Shown here: piece after piece, positions 28,699 to 44,069 of the stretch | How the letters are laid out: every line of letters starts with the position of its first letter | How positions within the stretch are numbered: position 1 is the first letter of the stretch | Source: Eledone cirrhosa | Lineage: Eukaryota | Length of the DNA stretch: 64,000 nucleotides | Direction: 5' to 3' | Assembly (NCBI GenBank): GCA_964016885.1 | Contig: OZ024742.1 | Location: 20,398,001 to 20,462,000 of the forward strand | Notes under the pieces: model-generated | Databases searched by the model: none | What the model saw: only the letters and a program-made list of their open reading frames with translations | What the model was told of the DNA's origin: nothing | Made by a program: the position numbers and the translations under genes

Positions 28699-30871
28699 TT
28701 ATAGCCCTAGTCTACCCCCCCCCCCCCCCGGGTCATTATGGGGTTTGAGGGCGAGGTAAGTCCTACGCAATCTATGTTTACATGCAGTAACCAGTTCATC
28801 TTTCTTGTTTAGGAGTTGGTCCGTCGAAAACAGCATTTGTAAAGTTTCCTCCGAGCATAAATTGCACGGACGGCGTCCTCCCGTGTAAGAATTGGCTCTG
28901 GACAGTAATCTCCAAGTGAGATCATAGGTGATGTTGTTGTCCTTGAGGTCCCATATGTGGCCCGAAAGTGTAGTGGCGTGACGCCGGGCCGGGTTTCGGA
29001 AGGTATGTCTATGTTGGTATAGCTGGGTCTTGAAGTCACATGCGGTAAGTCCTATATAGGCTTTGTTGGAGGTATCCGTCCTCACGTTGCACTGGTAGAT
29101 CACATTACGGTCTCTGCATCTATTGTCGAGTGGGCAAATAGATCTATCCGGGCAGTTACACCTCCTGGTCGGTTCTCCACTGCTATTTAGGTTATTTCTG
29201 CCATCGGGGTTGAGTTTTTTGTTGTTAGAGGAGACGATGTTTTGTGCGAAGTTTGGTGTAGTGCTGTAAGAGAGTTTGATGGTATTTTTGTTAATTATGT
29301 TGTGGTAGCGGTGTTGTAATGGGAAGTGTTTTTCAATGAGCCTAAAGAATAGTTTCCCGATGGGAGTTGTCACCTCTGTGTTGTGGGGAGGATTGAACCA
29401 TGTTACATTGCGTGAGCGGCGGTGTCTCCTGCTGGTTCCGCTAATGGGAGCTGGACAGTAGGATATTTCCTCCCGGAAACCACTCCGCTTGAGGGCCTGG
29501 TTGTAATAAGGCGCATGTTCATCGAATATCCGCTCATTAGCTGACAAACGGGATATGCGGAGGGAGATGTTTTTGACCAGGTTGTTTGTGATGTTCCTAG
29601 GATGGTTTGATCGGCGGTGGATGTAGTGCAGATTGTCATTAGGTTTCCTTATGGGTAGTACAGGTCGTTTTCGAGATCGAGGGTCACGTCCAGGAAGTTT
29701 CCTCTGGTCAGGGACGTTTGTAGGGTTATTTTAAATCCCCAGTCGCGGAAGAATCTGATTAATTGTTTCCGGACCCGATCTGTACTACTGGGGTTGTACC
29801 CTTTAAGGGTAAGGAGCCCATCATCACGGTACAATCCACCACCGAATGCAGGAAACATATCAGTGAGTTTGGCTATTAGGAATAATCCTATAAGATCTGT
29901 GACCTCCGCCGAATCCGTGGCGCCCATGCTGACGTCGAAGGGTGAGTCGGGAGCTCTTTTTATCCATTTAGAGTCGTCAAAGAGTAAGACTGTCTTCCTG
30001 GCGTGGAGGATGATTTTTCTTTCCTGGTCGGTGATGGGCACAAGTGTTTCGGCGAAGTCCAAGGCGGCAGTAAGTAGCGGTAAGGTGATTGAAGCATAGT
30101 AGCTCTCTATGTCGAACTGTATGAATTTAGTTTTTCGTTTATCCTCCATATTGCTGAACCAGGAGATTACTTCCTGGGTGTTGATCCATAGGCTAAGTCG
30201 GGTGTGTTGCTTGACTTTTGGTATCACGCGGTCTAGGATTTTTTTGCTGATTCTCCCTATGTCGGACTTCGTTGGGTTAATAACCTGATAGAGGGTTTAC
30301 GGTCAAAATCGGATTTATGGTCCTTCAGTGTGAAGTATGGTGTCCGTGGGTCTAGAGGTTCCGTGCGGTCGGCGACCCCGAGGCTGGAGGTGATTTGTTG
30401 TCCATCTCGATTTATGTCCTCGATGCAAGAGTGGTTGGCCTTTTTATAGGTGGAGTTTAGGCTGCTCCTGATCAGTGTGTGGTATCTGTCAGGGTTGACA
30501 AAGTATAGGTTCCCAGTTTTATCCGAATGCACCATGATGTCATTTGTGTTATCATACTCTGTTAGGTTGCTACGGAGTTTTTGTAGGAATCGGTTGTGTC
30601 TGGGTTTAAATTTAATGTTCTTGACCAGTTGGAAGAGGTCATTCTCGAAGGGTGCGAGCAAGGGGTTCAGGGGCGGAGATTTGTAGGTAATAAATCCGAA
30701 TCTCTCCTTGGTGCCGAAGTCTTGGTTGTCGCAATATCTGTCATAGAAAAAAGTTCTCCATCTAAGTCTTTTCGCAAATAGATCGATTTTTTGCGTGAGC
30801 ATCCGAAGGTAAAGTTTTTTCGGTGGGATTGGGATGTTCTTGGTAGAGAAGTCAATGTTGTGTTTTCGCAT
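28699..30871 (-). pseudogene. Full-length PLE RT-GIY-YIG ORF with two apparent 1-nt frameshifts (~30270, ~29648)
   Basis: MRKHNIDFSTKNIPIP, SDKTGN, TLKDHK, FIQFDIESYY, MGATDSAE, GLYRDDGL, CNCPDRSICP, VIY..YIG, CNLC. The indels could be read errors. Confidence 0.9.
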
Positions 30872-31056
30872 GGTGCGGGTGAAATGAATTGGGCTTAGCG
30901 GAAAAGTCTGGATACGGCGTGGTAGGGTCGGAAAGTGCTCTACTACGGGGGTAGGAGCTAGATAACGAAGGAAATGTGGTAAGGAACCAGGTGGACCATA
31001 ACGCACCAAAGTACTCAATACTTGAGGTAGTAGAGTGGGTAATAGGAACCAGTAAG

Positions 31057-31150
31057 ACCCCGACAGCTGAGCTCAAGCCGTTTCGACGGCTAATTCTGGA
31101 CTAAATGAAAATTTATCCTGGTATTTAAATAGCCGATCTTCTCAAGGGGT
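31057..31150 (-). ncRNA. Type I hammerhead ribozyme (family E, 5' copy)
   Basis: Reverse complement of 32713-32806. Confidence 0.82.
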
Positions 31151-32712
31151 AATTCCATATATGGTCAAAGTGATTGTCAAAAATCAGTAGTAATTCTGTG
31201 GTTGCAAATTAGTAGGGGAGATGGTGGCTAAACCTGCCAGTAGGAGAAAGAGGGGAGGGGGTGGAGTAGCCCCAATCAAGCGTTTGTAGTGCCAGCTACA
31301 GCTGGGCATGAGGTCAAAGAAGATACAGGGGAGGGGGAGGGGGAGGAAGTCGGAACGGTAGGTAGAACAATGGGAGGTAGAAATATATAGGAAAGAAAAA
31401 ATACTGAGAGTGAAGAAAAGCAAATAAGTGTAAAGAAAAACAAATGAGTGTAAAGAAAAAAGTAAAGTAAATTAAATTCTACGACCTAGGTCTCTAGCTA
31501 TTGTTAGTCTAGAATAAATAAATAAATAAAGAAAGAAAGAAGTAAAGAAAGAAATAAAGAAATAACGAAATAAGTAAAAGAACTAGGTGGGACGGAATAG
31601 GCGAGGACCCTTTTAAGAGGTATGAGTACGTAAATGATACGGTGACGGGTCAACAAAAGGGGCCAAAATACTAAAGAGACTACCAAGAAATAAACAATAA
31701 AGGTTTCCATCCCGGGCACAATTCCAGCAACCACCCAGTGCAGCAAAGTGAACTAATACGAGATAATAATTCTGAGTCCCGAGAAAAATATATACTAATG
31801 CTAACTCTAAAAGATCTAAAACAAGCTACATGAAAGTTCGTACGAAGTAAAGGTAGAATACGGAAGAATAAATTCAGAATCCACCCCGCCCAAAAGAAAA
31901 GCGAAGAAAGAAATACTGAAACGAAAAAATAAGGCATAAGTGCCACTAAGAAATATAGAGGGCACAGAGAATAGTGGGAGCGGTCGGAAAAAGGGGACAA
32001 GTATCCGGGGTCTAAACCAACTGCTATAAAGGGCGGAGTCCGCCAAATCTATCCTAGACTAGGGGAGGGGGTGGGGGTACTAAGGCTACAAGGGGCCAAA
32101 GGGCAGCCTCGGGTGGGCGAGAAAAGACGCCGACAAAGGAGAAGAGCTGGGGTAGAAGGACTAAGGAGAGAGGGGGGAAGGAAGGAAATAAAGGAAGCGA
32201 TAAAAGAATACAAAGAAGATCTTACGTCTCCCTTGGCAAGCAGGGGTTACCCATTGCAAAATCGGCAAGTGGGGTGTTATAGCCCTAGTCTACCCCCCCC
32301 CCCCCCCGGGTCATAATTTCTTTATTTCTTTCTTTATTTATTTATTTATTCTAGACTAACAATAGCTAGAGACCTAGGTCGTAGAATTTAATTTACTTTA
32401 CTTTTTTCTTTACACTCATTTGTTTTTCTTTACACTTATTTGCTTTTCTTCACTCTCAGTATTTTTTCTTTCCTATATATTTCTACCCCCCATTGTTCTA
32501 CCTACCGTTCCGACTTCCTACCCCTCCCCCTCCCCGGTATCTTCTTTGACCTCATGCCCAACTGTGGCTGGCACTACAAACGCTTGATTGGGGCTACTCC
32601 ACCCCCTCCCCTCTTTCTCCTACTGGCAGGTTTAGCCACCATCTCCCCTACTAATTTGCAACCACAGAATTACTACTGATTTTTGACAATCACTTTGACC
32701 ATATATGGAATT

Positions 32713-32806
32713 ACCCCTTGAGAAGATCGGCTATTTAAATACCAGGATAAATTTTCATTTAGTCCAGAATTAGCCGTCGAAACGGCTTGAGCTCAGCTGT
32801 CGGGGT
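32713..32806 (+). ncRNA. Type I hammerhead ribozyme, U3-A8 core, full stem III (family E, inverted arm)
   Basis: ACCCC TTGAGAA GAtCGGCTA..TAGCCGTC GAAAC GGCT tgagctc AGCT GTC GGGGT. Confidence 0.82.
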
Positions 32807-32816
32807 CTTACTGGTT

Positions 32817-33744
<928 letters not shown>

Positions 33745-34353
33745 GTCAGGTCACCAGTTGGTGCTACTGGTAACATGTATCCCAGTACAACCTGTTTCAT
33801 GGTCGGGTCGTTGGCGACTAAACTGGCAACCCCACCAAGGTTTCTTGGTGAGGAGGGTGACTTTGGACATCCTGCAGGACTAAAAACAAAACCTGTCAAA
33901 GGGCAAAGGAGCTCTTAAGAGTCAATGGCCATCCAAAATCACCGGGAGAGATGACCCCTTAGCCTTTGTCAAGGCAGAATTCTAGGAGAAGGAAAACTCT
34001 GATATAACACTTGCAACTCTGATGGTATCCAATGATGTTGACATGTTCTTCTTTTTAGTAAATCTCATCTTGTTTAAGAGAGTGGGACTGGCTTTGTGCA
34101 GTGCCTTTGCTCACTATAAAAGCTTCACGGCACAGGCATTGCTTTATATCTGGAGATCTCTTTGCACTTGTCGTCACATGGTACCATTGGCCCAGCACTA
34201 TGTGTCAATAATTGTCACAAGTGTAGTGTTTGTACCAGAGTTTTCAAGTCGCTGGGTGGACTAAAAAGTCACACTCGTTCAGCGCATCGGTAGGAGTTCT
34301 CCAACATGGATATAAAGTAGTGGCCGTACTCGAAAACGAGTTGGCAGCCACCA
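33745..34353 (+). mobile_element. Non-autonomous bipartite RTE-derived element, apparently full length (~610 bp), copy 3
   Basis: RTE-5'UTR-like text (aaaacctgtcaaagggc..ctaggagaaggaaaactctga) fused to the RTE C-terminal zinc finger [23 protein letters not shown] and a 3' hairpin actcg-aaaa-cgagt, followed by (TA)n. Confidence 0.8.
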
Positions 34354-34373
34354 TATATATATATGTATGTACG

Positions 34374-34488
<115 letters not shown>

Positions 34489-34728
34489 ACATATATATGT
34501 ATGTATGTGTGTATATATATATATATATATATGTAGATAAATCTACCAAGAGTTTACGGTAGTGTCCAATCCGTATGAAGAACTCAATGTATTCCGGATA
34601 TCATGGAAAGAAGAGATGTAATGAAAAGTCACTTTCGGTGAAAGATAAACGGTATACAGAGTCAAGATAAAATATTAAACAAATAATGAATAAACAATGA
34701 AACAGTTCCTTATATTAAACAAAAAAAG

Positions 34729-34882
34729 TTCATTATTTAACGATCGTTTCTAGGATATATATGTGTTAGAATTTGCATGCATATTCAACAGATCTATGTA
34801 CAAAATTATACAAAATTATACAAACTATCAAGATTAAATATACATACCAACACATATATACGCCGTCTTCAGAAATAATGAA
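34729..34882 (-). ncRNA. Hammerhead ribozyme with extended stem II (D2 inverted arm)
   Basis: Reverse complement of 40617-40770. Confidence 0.8.
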
Positions 34883-35059
34883 ATATATTTATTGATAATA
34901 ACAACAATTCAAAATTTCAGGTCCGTTTGGGAACAAAATTGACCAATGAAAATACAAAAGGTTTAATGCAGTTCGGTGTGTGTATATACATGTAACTACC
35001 CTTACACATATTTTACAAAAATGTATGCACAACTTGTATACAACTTGTATACAACTTGT

Positions 35060-36815
35060 TACCTCCCAGGTAATTAACTGGTTTAAAAATATTCGATGTA
35101 AATCTTCTGCTTCATTTCTACAATTTGATATAGATAATTACTATTCTTCTATATCACCTATACTCCTGAACAAAGCATTGATATTTGCTAAAAATAGATC
35201 TAACTTAACTTTGGATGACATTAATATTATTACACATGCTAGACTAACACTTATTGAATTTCAGAATGAATACTGGACCAGAAACACATATAGTAATCTA
35301 TTTGATATTACTATGGGTTCAAGCGATTCCGCCCAAATTACTGATCTTGTGGGCCTCTTTCTCCTTTTCAACATAAATGCCTCCTTTCCCCACCTCAAAG
35401 GTGGTTTATATCGTGATGACTGTCTTCTTCTTTCTAACAACCTTAGCCTTTCAGAAATTGAAAAAAATAAAAAACATATTAGAACTTTCCTTAAAGACTA
35501 TTATAATCTTAATATTACTTTTGAAAAAACAAGTAAAGTAGTAAATTTCCTAGATATAACTTTAGATTTAGCTACGGGTATCTACCAACCTTACCATAAA
35601 CCAAACCAAAACTTACATTACATACACTCACAATCTAATCACCCTAAATCTATCCTTAAAAACCTTGCATATAATATATCACTTAGAATTTCTAACCTTT
35701 CTTCTAACCAAGATGTATTTGATAAAAATGCGACCTTCTATAACGAAGCTCTAGATAGAAGTGGCCACAAAAATAGATTAGAATATATACCTTCTACTAA
35801 AAATACTGAAAGCATACAACCTAATATTACCAACAAACACCAAATGAAAAGTACACACCTAAATGCCACCCACACTATACCCCAAAATACCAAATCTTCT
35901 AATATAAAATATAGTAACTCTCAAAAAACTACTCATCATACAACTCTAATAAATATTAATAATAAAACTCCTAATAAAAAGGATAAAACACCTAAATCTA
36001 CAAATATAACTAAAAATGGTTGTGGTGAGATCATTAACATTAATCCTCCTAGTAAAAATCACGATACAACCTATAAAAATAATAAAAATAATAAACAACA
36101 TAGAAACCGTAATAGACGGGTTACTTGGTATAATGCTCCATTTAATTTACAAATTAAGGATAATATTGCTAAAAAAATTTTTTATATCCTTGAGAAAAAC
36201 TTCCCGCCAAACCACAAATACCATCAAATCTTAAATAGGTCTACAGTTAAATTCTCATACTCTACAACAAATAACATAAAACAAAATATAAGTGCATATA
36301 ATGCATATAAATGTAAGAAAACCATAAGTATACCACCAGTACATCAAATTAACCATAATATCTCCTCAAATACAGAATTAACGAAAGGTTGTAACTGTAG
36401 AAACAAAGCAAACTGCCCATTAAAAGGGAATTGTCTTGTTAACAACATAGTCTATAAATGTAATGTTAAAACTAAAGATTCTATTTGCTCATATATAGGA
36501 GCTACCTCTAACAATTTTAAGACAAGGTTTAATACCCACAAGCATAGTTTTAAAAATGCCGCACTGGCTAATACAACATCTCTAGCAGAAAAAATCAATA
36601 GTTATAAAAATAAGAATATAGAATATGATTTGACCTGGAGTGTGCTCAAAAGAGCCACCCCTTATCAAAATAATAGAAATGAATGTAGATTATGTTCCCA
36701 AGAACTATTTGAAATAATGAAATCTAAGGATATCCTATTAAATAAACGACAGGAATTAATTATATCGTGTAATCATAAACTAAAAAAAACATTTAAATAT
36801 TATAAACCTAATTAA
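35060..36815 (+). CDS. 5'-truncated PLE RT-GIY-YIG ORF (open frame, no native start)
   Basis: TSQVINWF..FLQFDIDNYY..GLYRDD..YIG; only a few residues differ from 20370-22101. Confidence 0.9.
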
Positions 36816-38135
36816 TAACATTATTTTAGAAATTAATTTAATTTAAATGTTAGTTAACCTATAAATTTAATTTAATTAAAATTCTATTACAGATGAGAAT
36901 ATAAAATATTATGTAATCATAAATTGTGAAAAACCTTTAAATATTACTAATATATACTTAGTAATTTAATTTATAGATTAATTTTAATTTATTTAAACCT
37001 TTTATTATAATTCTTTTACAGATAAAATATAACAAAATATCGTGTATCCAATGACAGAGAAATAATTTTTAGTATTATAGACCTAATTAATATACATTTT
37101 AGAAATATATTTATAATTTGGTTTTAATTTTAATCAACCTAAAAATTTAATTTAATTGGCTTAAAATTAGTATCCTTATACAGACGAATTGCAGAATGTC
37201 ATGTAATCATAGAATGGGATGTGTTTTGGATATATACCTAGTTAATATATTCTTTGCAATTTTTGAAAAAATATGTATATGTATATGTGTATGTGTATGT
37301 GTGTGTGTGTGTATATGTGTATATATGTATATATATATGTATATATATGTATATATATATGTGTATGTATATGTATATGTATATGTATTAATTTTGATTT
37401 CTATTTGCATATAATTATATTCTGCTATTGATAAAATACAATATCTGTTTTATTTATTATATACCTAATTAACATATACTATAGAAATAAATATATAATT
37501 TTTAATTTAGTTAACCTATAATTTATATTCTACTACCGATGTAATACTTTATTTGTTTTTTCCCTATTACTAAATTCATTTCCTAATATTGATACCATAA
37601 CGACATTAATTTTAATTTAGTTATACTATAATTAATACTCTACTACTATTTAACTTCAAAATTCTGCTTCAAATATTATAAACCTAACTAATTTACACCT
37701 TAGAAATCAATATGTTAACTATCTTTAGTTTAGTTAACATATAATTAATGGTATACTTATTTATTTTGAAATGCATAAATTTTGCCTTATTTCTTGTTTA
37801 TTGTATTTCCTAACACTGAAACTATGTAAAAACATACATTGGATCCAGATACGGATAATATTCTATGTTCCTTGAAACATATATTTACTATAATCCCCTT
37901 CTCCAACCCCCCCCCTTTCCCCCATGCTATTATCATCTGTGTTTGTAAGCGTGTATGTATGAATATATATGTAGGTAGGTGTATATATGTTTGGGTATTT
38001 ATATCTGAATATAAAAATACATATATGCGCATGCAAATAAGAATGTAAGATTGTGTGTGTATATATATATATGTGTGTATGTATGTGTATATGTGTATAT
38101 ATGCATGTGTATATGTGTGTGTATGTGTATCAGTG

Positions 38136-38232
<97 letters not shown>

Positions 38233-38483
38233 ATGTATGTATGTATATGTGTGTGTGTATATATATGTATGTCTCTCTATTTATATGTCTATCTTCGTAT
38301 CTATGTGGATATATGTGTGTGTGTGCATGTATACACATATATGAGTTTATGTGTATATGTGTGTATGTGTATATATGTGTGTGTGCACACACATATATAT
38401 GTGAGTGTGTATATGTGTGTGTGTATATGTATGTGTATATATATATATATATATATCTGTGTGTGTATATATGTCTATATTCG

Positions 38484-38530
<47 letters not shown>

Positions 38531-38754
38531 ATATATATATATTATTTATTATTATAATATAACTTATGTGTATGTGTGTATATGTGAGGGTGTGTATATG
38601 TGTATATATATGTGTATATATATGTGTAAAAAAATATATATGTGCATGTCTGTTTTTTAAGTGTGTGTATATATATATATGTGTATATATATGTATATGT
38701 GGGTGTTTGTATGTGTATTTATGGTTGTATGTGTGTGTGGGTATATATATATAA

Positions 38755-38786
<32 letters not shown>

Positions 38787-39117
38787 GTGTATATATATCT
38801 CTATTAATGCGTGTATATATGTATATCTATATGCCTTTTTCTTTGTATGTCTGAGTTGGGTGAGGGTGTAGTGGTGTTTCTATGTATATACGCATATATG
38901 GATGCGTATGTATTTGTATATATGAGTATATGTAAGTGTGTATGTATGTATGATTATATATCTAATTCTATGTATGAGTATATATGTGTGTATGTATGTT
39001 GTGTGTGTATGTATGTATATGTCTATGTGTGTATATATATTTGTATGTATGTGTGTGTATGTATCTATGTATGTGTATGTATGTACATATATGTCTATGT
39101 ATGTGTGTATGTATATG

Positions 39118-39158
<41 letters not shown>

Positions 39159-39358
39159 TTATTTTTTATATATATGTGTGTGTGTGTATGTGTGTGTGTG
39201 TGTGTATATATATCTTTATATATGTGTATGTGTATGTTCGTGTAGGTGTATGTGTGTGTATGACTATATATGTATGTGTGTATGTGTGTATGTGTGTATA
39301 TATATCTATGTGTGTGTACATGTATGTATGTGTATGTATGTGTATGTGTGTATATGTG

Positions 39359-39405
<47 letters not shown>

Positions 39406-39716
39406 ATGTATATATATATATATGTATATGTTTCTCTATTTGTATATGTATATGTGTATAGGTATATACCTTTTTCTTTGTATGTCTGAGTTGTGTGAGA
39501 GTGTAGTGGTGTTTGTATGTATATACCGATATATAGATGCGTAAGTATTTGTCTGTATGTATGTATGTATGTCTGTATGTATTTGTGTGTATATATAGGT
39601 ATGTATGTGTATATCTGTATGTATATAAGTATGTAAGTGTATGTATATGTGCGTGTATGTGTGTATATATATGTGTGTCTATATAGTATGTGTGATTATA
39701 TGTGTATGTATGTGTG

Positions 39717-39791
<75 letters not shown>

Positions 39792-39937
39792 ATTTATATG
39801 TATGTGTGTATATGTATGTATGTGTGTATATGTATATGTTTATATATGTGTGTGTATGTATGTTCTAAGTGTGGATGTGTGTATATGTATGTATGTGTTT
39901 GTATATGTGTATATATATGTGTGTGTGTATATATGTG

Positions 39938-39989
<52 letters not shown>

Positions 39990-40616
39990 CTTGATATATT
40001 TCTTTTTTCTTTTTTCTTTTTCTTTTCTTTCCTTTTTAATGTTTATTTATTATTTATTATTTTTTATTTTCTTAGTTTATAGATACATCTATATTAAGCA
40101 GTCTGCCCAAACCGTTGAATACTGACCTCTCCCCCCCTCCCACCTAATTTCTGTATCTTGATCTAAATGTGTGTGCCAGTGTTTATGTGAGTGAATTAAT
40201 ACCCATGTGCTTAGGATTTTATATCCACATATATATATGTGAGTGGGGGTGTGTGTGTGTTTGTATGTTCGTAGTTATGTGTATGTTTATGCATATACGC
40301 GCGTGTGTGTGTGATTGTACGGATATGTGTGAGTATGAAAATATGTGTATACACTTATTTCATATTTATGTGTCTATACGCATCTTATCTGTGCATTATA
40401 AACTTACAGAGACATTAACCTTGAAATTTTGTATTTGCATCCATCCTTTTGGTATGCGTATACAAGTTGTGCATACATTTTTGTAAAATATGTGTAAGGG
40501 TAGTTACATGTATATACACACACCGAACTGCATTAAACCTTTTGTATTTTCATTGGTCAATTTTGTTCCCAAACGGACCTGAAATTTTGAATTGTTGTTA
40601 TTATCAATAAATATAT

Positions 40617-40770
40617 TTCATTATTTCTGAAGACGGCGTATATATGTGTTGGTATGTATATTTAATCTTGATAGTTTGTATAATTTTGTATAATTTTGTA
40701 CATAGATCTGTTGAATATGCATGCAAATTCTAACACATATATATCCTAGAAACGATCGTTAAATAATGAA
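40617..40770 (+). ncRNA. Hammerhead ribozyme with extended stem II (D2 3' end)
   Basis: TTCATTATTT CTGAAGA ... GAAAC GATC GTT AAATAATGAA. Confidence 0.82.
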
Positions 40771-40823
40771 CTTTTTTTGTTTAATATAAGGAACTGTTTC
40801 ATTGTTTATTCATTATTTGTTTA

Positions 40824-40874
<51 letters not shown>

Positions 40875-40889
40875 ACATATATATGTATG

Positions 40890-41037
<148 letters not shown>

Positions 41038-41048
41038 CATATACATAC

Positions 41049-41078
<30 letters not shown>

Positions 41079-41080
<2 letters not shown>

Positions 41081-41688
41081 CAGGTCACCAGTTGGTGCTA
41101 CTGGTAACATATATCTCAGTAAAACATGTCTCATGGTCGGCTCATTGGCGACTAAACTGGCAACCTCACCAAGGTTTCTTGGTGAGGAGGGTGACTTTGG
41201 ACATCCTGCAGGACTAAAAACAAAACCTGTCAAAAGGCAAAGGAGCTCTTAAGAGTCAATGGCCCTCCAAAATCACTGGGAGAGATGACCCCTTAGCCTT
41301 TGTCAATGCAGAATTCTAGAAGAAGGAAAACTCTGATATAACACCTGCAATCCTGATGGTATCCAATGATGTTGACTTGTTCTTCTTTTTGGTAAATATC
41401 ATCTTGGTTAAGAGAGTGGGCCTGGCTTTGTGCAGTGCCTTTGCTCACTATAAAAGCTTCACGGCACAGGCATTGCTTTATATCTGGAGATCTCTCTGCA
41501 CTTGTCGTCACATGGTACCATGGGCCCAGCACTATGTGTCAATAATTGTCACAAGTGTAGTGTTTGTACCAGAGTTTTCAAGTCGCTGGGTGGACTAAAG
41601 TCACATTCGTTCAGTGCATCGGTGGGGGTTCTCCTACATGGATATAAAGTAGTGGCCGTACTCGAAAACGAGTTGGCAGCCACCACCA
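41079..41688 (+). mobile_element. Non-autonomous bipartite RTE-derived element, full-length copy 4
   Basis: Same 5' start (gtcaggtcaccagttgg) and 3' end as 33745-34353. Confidence 0.8.
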
Positions 41689-41696
41689 TATATATG

Positions 41697-41820
<124 letters not shown>

Positions 41821-41953
41821 CTTTTGTCGCATCACCAGTTTCAGGAGCAGATCGATACTGGAATCGGGACCATAACTCATATGGTTCACCTTGAGCCTGA
41901 GCCAATGCGCAATAAATATTTTTCACATGTGAACGGAACTTCCTCGTTTTTTC

Positions 41954-41989
<36 letters not shown>

Positions 41990-44069
41990 AAAACAAATAA
42001 AAAACGCAGGGGTGCAAAAATACAGTTATATTAGTTTCACGCTTCGCGGAAATGGACTGGGGTTTGATTTTTCGGGCAGAAATTCTTCATCAGGAAAGTT
42101 CGGCAGGTAGATGTATGTCTGACAGGGGAGGAGTACCCTTTATGGAGAGATATTCATGAAATGTTTTTGTTATCCTGAGGTCAAATTCTACTCTGTCAAT
42201 CCTGGACTTAACCAGCATGAACTTGAAGGCCGCAAACCCGCTTAGTTGCTGTCGTTAGAATACACCTATGTATTATCGTGCAGTGGTTAGAATACACCTG
42301 TGTATATATAGATACCAGTAATTTATTATGTTCATTAATGCGACTTTGTGTATTTTTCTAGTGCTATCTCTCCCCTTATCTTTAATCCAAGTCTTCAGAA
42401 TGTTGGCCTTATATAAAAGACAGGTAACACACGTAATATTTACATAAACATGACGCTACAAACTTCAAAGAGGGGTATGTAACCTATATCATCTACCCAA
42501 GTACGTAACTAGCACTAATTTTCTCGTACTTGGAATAAACACAGATCTTAAAAAACACAATTAATTTGTCTGGACCACAATCATACTGTGCCAGTTTAAT
42601 AAACATTTAATCAAGTATTGTCGCTGACAGAAAGTGTAGCCGAATTTCCCTCCAATACCACTCTAGCGTTTTTTGAATATGTAGGAAACATTGTAGAGTA
42701 TAATCGTAGTTACTGTTATTGAATGAAAGAGAAGATGGTCATGATTAGAATGCCTTTGATCATAGTTCTGCTCGATCATTGCTAATCTGGGACTAAATAA
42801 CAGCATTGCATAATATTGTTCTCTATCCGTGTTGTACAAGGACATAAATGTTTGAGGGAGTAGTACTTTACCCCAAGTACATTACGAATACCTATTTTAT
42901 TCACCCCCTGAACGAAGGAAATGCAAAGCCCTTTCCACGTGGAGTTGAAGTCACAACAAAACTAAATACATTTGAACTACGTGTCTGTCGTTTACAATCC
43001 ACCTTCTTTCTAGAACTTTATATATAAGGTATGACAGGTGTTAACCTCTTCCTTTTTTGTGGAAGAAAATAGAAAATTGTTTTCTAATTTAGTAAGACGA
43101 TGACGTGCCGAAAATGTCTTAAGAAATTATTTAACGTGGAGAATACATTGAAATAGATTTGTGACACTTGATGCAGCAGCAATGCAACATCTTCAACTGG
43201 AATGTCAAACTTCCTTCAACGTGGGTCATAGATTTTCATTTTAATCCATTCAGTAACACTCGCAATCATTTTCTGACGAAGAAAGAAATCTTGGAACTTA
43301 AAAGTTAAACACTAATGAAGATTAACAATAGAAGGTTCTAGAATTCTAGAATTCTCTTTTAGTATTCACATGCCACTGAAGTCTACGTATATAACGAGAA
43401 ATCTACTTCACTTTCTATGGGTTAATTACACATATTATGATGTAATGGTAAACTGCTGTTGGAATGGAATCAATGCCAGATGCTGGCTAGCTTTCAACTT
43501 AAATATTATTCTAATTTCAAAAGGTTACCTTTAGAAATGGAAAAAGTTATGTAAAGATAGCTTTAATCAGATTTTCAGTATAGTTCTTACGTAAGTAATA
43601 AATTACTCGACCTTTTTGTACCAGGAGTATGAAAAGTCTGTATTTAGATTCTGTTTCTGAAATGCTAAATAGATGAGCGGCATTATTTCTAAGTCAGGCC
43701 AAAAGTTTATCCTAAGATCCTCTGGTCTATTAAATATCTTCAGCGCCACGAAGAATTACTTACTGTAGATCAGAAACTCCAGTCTATTATATGATAAACC
43801 ATTATCTTACCCATCAAAACATGAATGATATACCTAATTCTCTTGGCTATACTGTATATTGACAACATTTGCAGGCAAGAGACAGTATTGATATATATGT
43901 ATTGAATCTTCATTAATATCTGCATAATGCTCTCGCTGGAACGCCGAGTCAAAGACAGTGGTATATTTATACAACATACTGGAATTAACAGCCACATTCC
44001 CTGAAAATTACACCTTACCTTCTTAAATAAAAATATATTGGAGAATATGTGTTCCCTGATTTACAAATA

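Larger units (their letters stand above)
27385..32820 (-). mobile_element. PLE family E (Hydra-type), full length, with 1.35-kb direct repeat and inverted arm
   Basis: 27385-28737 = 30962-32314 (period ~3577). 32315-32820 is an inverted copy of ~27466-27985. TA flanks. Confidence 0.93.
34533..40830 (+). mobile_element. PLE family D copy 2, 5'-truncated, with ~0.5-kb inverted arm
   Basis: 34669-35041 is inverted vs 40458-40830. ORF is nearly identical to D1. Shares the 4-kb 3' region with D1. Confidence 0.93.

Noticed and set aside
42040-42100. CTGATGA..GAAA on the minus strand
   Set aside because: Could not build convincing stems I-III
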